DNA of 64,000 nt from the NCBI RefSeq assembly GCF_041248615.1, contig NZ_CP158426.1. One strand, 5' to 3'. Origin of the DNA: Escherichia coli. GTDB taxonomy: Bacteria > Pseudomonadota > Gammaproteobacteria > Enterobacterales > Enterobacteriaceae. Both the position numbers and the translations under genes were made by a program. Shown here in pieces: positions 63,101-64,000 of this stretch. The notes beneath the pieces were generated by a model. The model worked only from the letters and a program-made list of their open reading frames with translations, was not told the DNA's origin and ran no database searches. Numbering within the stretch: position 1 is the stretch's first letter; each line of letters starts with the position of its first letter.

Positions 63101-64000
63101 CGCGTCATGGCGCAAGCCTGGACGGCAGATGACTTCGGTAGCAACGAAAGCAAAGTGATAGTTGCCGCACCGGTGATTGCTGAACTGAACATGCCGCGCT
63201 TTATGGCGAGTGGCGATACCTCGCGTCTGACGCTGGATATCACTAATCTTACCGATAAACCGCAAAAACTGAACGTTGCCCTGACCGCCAGTGGTTTGCT
63301 TGAACTGGTTAGCAACTCTCCCGCACCTGTTGAATTAGCGCCAGGTGTGCGTACTACGCTGTTTATCCCGGTGCGAGCATTGCAAGGTTATGGCGATGGA
63401 GAAATTCAGGCCACCATTAGCGGGTTAGCGTTACCGGGTGAAACCGTTGCCGATCAGCATAAGCAGTGGAAAATCGGCGTCCGTCCAGCGTTCCCGGCAC
63501 AAACGGTTAATTACGGTACGGCGTTGCAGCCTGGTGAAACCTGGGCGCTCCCGGCGGATGGATTGCAAAACTTCTCGCCTGTTACGCTGCAAGGTCAGCT
63601 ATTGTTGAGCGGCAAACCACCGCTGAACATCGCACGTTATATCAAAGAGTTAAAAGCGTATCCGTACGGCTGTCTTGAGCAAACCGCCAGCGGCCTGTTC
63701 CCGTCACTTTATACCAATGCAGCCCAACTGCAGGCGTTGGGCATCAAAGGCGATAGTGATGAGAAACGCCGTGCATCGGTCGATATCGGCATTTCCCGTT
63801 TGCTGCAAATGCAACGTGATAACGGCGGCTTTGCGCTGTGGGATAAAAACGGTGACGAAGAGTACTGGCTGACGGCTTACGTGATGGATTTCCTGGTCCG
63901 CGCAGGCGAACAGGGTTACAGCGTGCCGACGGACGCCATTAACCGGGGTAATGAGCGTCTGCTGCGCTATTTACAAGATCCGGGCATGATATCGATCCCG
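60113..64000 (+). CDS. yfhM: alpha-2-macroglobulin-family lipoprotein, 5' partial (runs off the window)
   Basis: MKKLRVAACMLMLALAGCDNNDN... with lipobox LAGC; open reading frame continues uninterrupted to position 64000, which is why it is absent from the ORF track. Confidence 0.88.
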   Translation, partial: MKKLRVAACMLMLALAGCDNNDNAPTAVKKDAPSEVTKAASSENVSSAKLSAPERQKLAQQSAGKALTLLDLSEVQLDGAATLVLTFSIPLDPDQDFSRVIHVVDKKSGKVDGAWELSDNLKELRLRHLEPKRDLIVTIGKEVKALNNATFSKDYEKTITTRDIQPSVGFASRGSLLPGKVIEGLPVMALNVNNVDVNFFRVKPESLPAFISQWEYRNSLANWQSEKLLQMADLVYTGRFDLIPARNTREKLLLPLGDIKPLQQAGVYLAVMNQAGRYDYSNPATLFTLSDIGVSAHRYHNRLDIFIQSLENGAAQQGIEVSLLNEKGQTLTQATSDAQGHVQLENDKNAALLLARKDGQTTLLDLKLPALDLAEFNIAGAPGYSKQFFMFGPRDLYRPGETVILNGLLRDADGKALPDQPIKLDVIKPDGQVLRSVVSQPENGLYHFTWPLDSNAATGMWHIRANTGDNQYRMWDFHVEDFMPERMALNLTGEKTPLTPKNEVKFSVVGYYLYGAPANGNTLQGQLFLRPLREAVSALPGFEFGDIAAENLSRTLDEVQLTLDDKGRGEVSTESQWKETHSPLQVIFQGSLLESGGRPVTRRAEQAIWPADALPGIRPQFASKSVYDYRTDSTVKQPIVDEGSNAAFDIVYSDAQGVKKAVSGLQVRLIRERRDYYWNWSEDEGWQSQFDQKDLIENEQTLDLKADETGKVSFPVEWGAYRLEVKAPNEAVSSVRFWAGYSWQDNSDGSGAVRPDRVTLKLDKASYRPGDTIKLHIAAPTAGKGYAMVESSEGPLWWQEIDVPAQGLDLTIPVDKTWNRHDLYLSTLVVRPGDKSRSATPKRAVGVLHLPLGDENRRLDLALETPTQMRPNQPLTVKIKASNKNGEMPKQVNVLVSAVDSGVLNITDYVTPDPWQAFFGQKRYGADIYDIYGQVIEGQGRLAALRFGGDGDELKRGGKPPVNHVKIVAQQALPVTLNEQGEGSVTLPIGDFNGELRVMAQAWTADDFGSNESKVIVAAPVIAELNMPRFMASGDTSRLTLDITNLTDKPQKLNVALTASGLLELVSNSPAPVELAPGVRTTLFIPVRALQGYGDGEIQATISGLALPGETVADQHKQWKIGVRPAFPAQTVNYGTALQPGETWALPADGLQNFSPVTLQGQLLLSGKPPLNIARYIKELKAYPYGCLEQTASGLFPSLYTNAAQLQALGIKGDSDEKRRASVDIGISRLLQMQRDNGGFALWDKNGDEEYWLTAYVMDFLVRAGEQGYSVPTDAINRGNERLLRYLQDPGMISIP

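Overview
This window reads as a largely syntenic Escherichia coli-type chromosomal segment, in the opposite orientation to K-12 numbering: rpoE-rseABC, lepAB, rnc-era-recO-pdxJ-acpS, shoB/ohsC, yfhL, yfhH, pgpC, tadA, mltF, purL, glmY, glrK-qseG-glrR, glnB, hmp, glyA, the yphH-yphA cluster, hcaDBCFE/hcaR/hcaT, csiE, yfhR, suhB, trmJ, iscRSUA-hscBA-fdx-iscX, pepB, sseB, sseA and the 5' part of yfhM. Gene identities come from my recognition of the translated ORFs and motifs; no database search was run. Where the ORF track over-extends an N-terminus I used the conserved start. Beyond the ORF track I call the GlmY sRNA with its sigma-54 promoter and three GlrR boxes, the ShoB/OhsC type I toxin-antitoxin pair, a PurR box, an NsrR site and REP/BIME repeats. 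Differences from the K-12 arrangement as I remember it are: (1) an IS1397-like IS3-family element inserted inside a REP between yphB and yphA; (2) an IS481-family transposase element in the sseB-sseA intergenic region; (3) an in-frame TGA stop in yphB; (4) a 1-bp homopolymer frameshift in yfhR. I found no CRISPR array and no convincing undescribed multi-gene system; the accessory content is two insertion sequences and two decayed genes.
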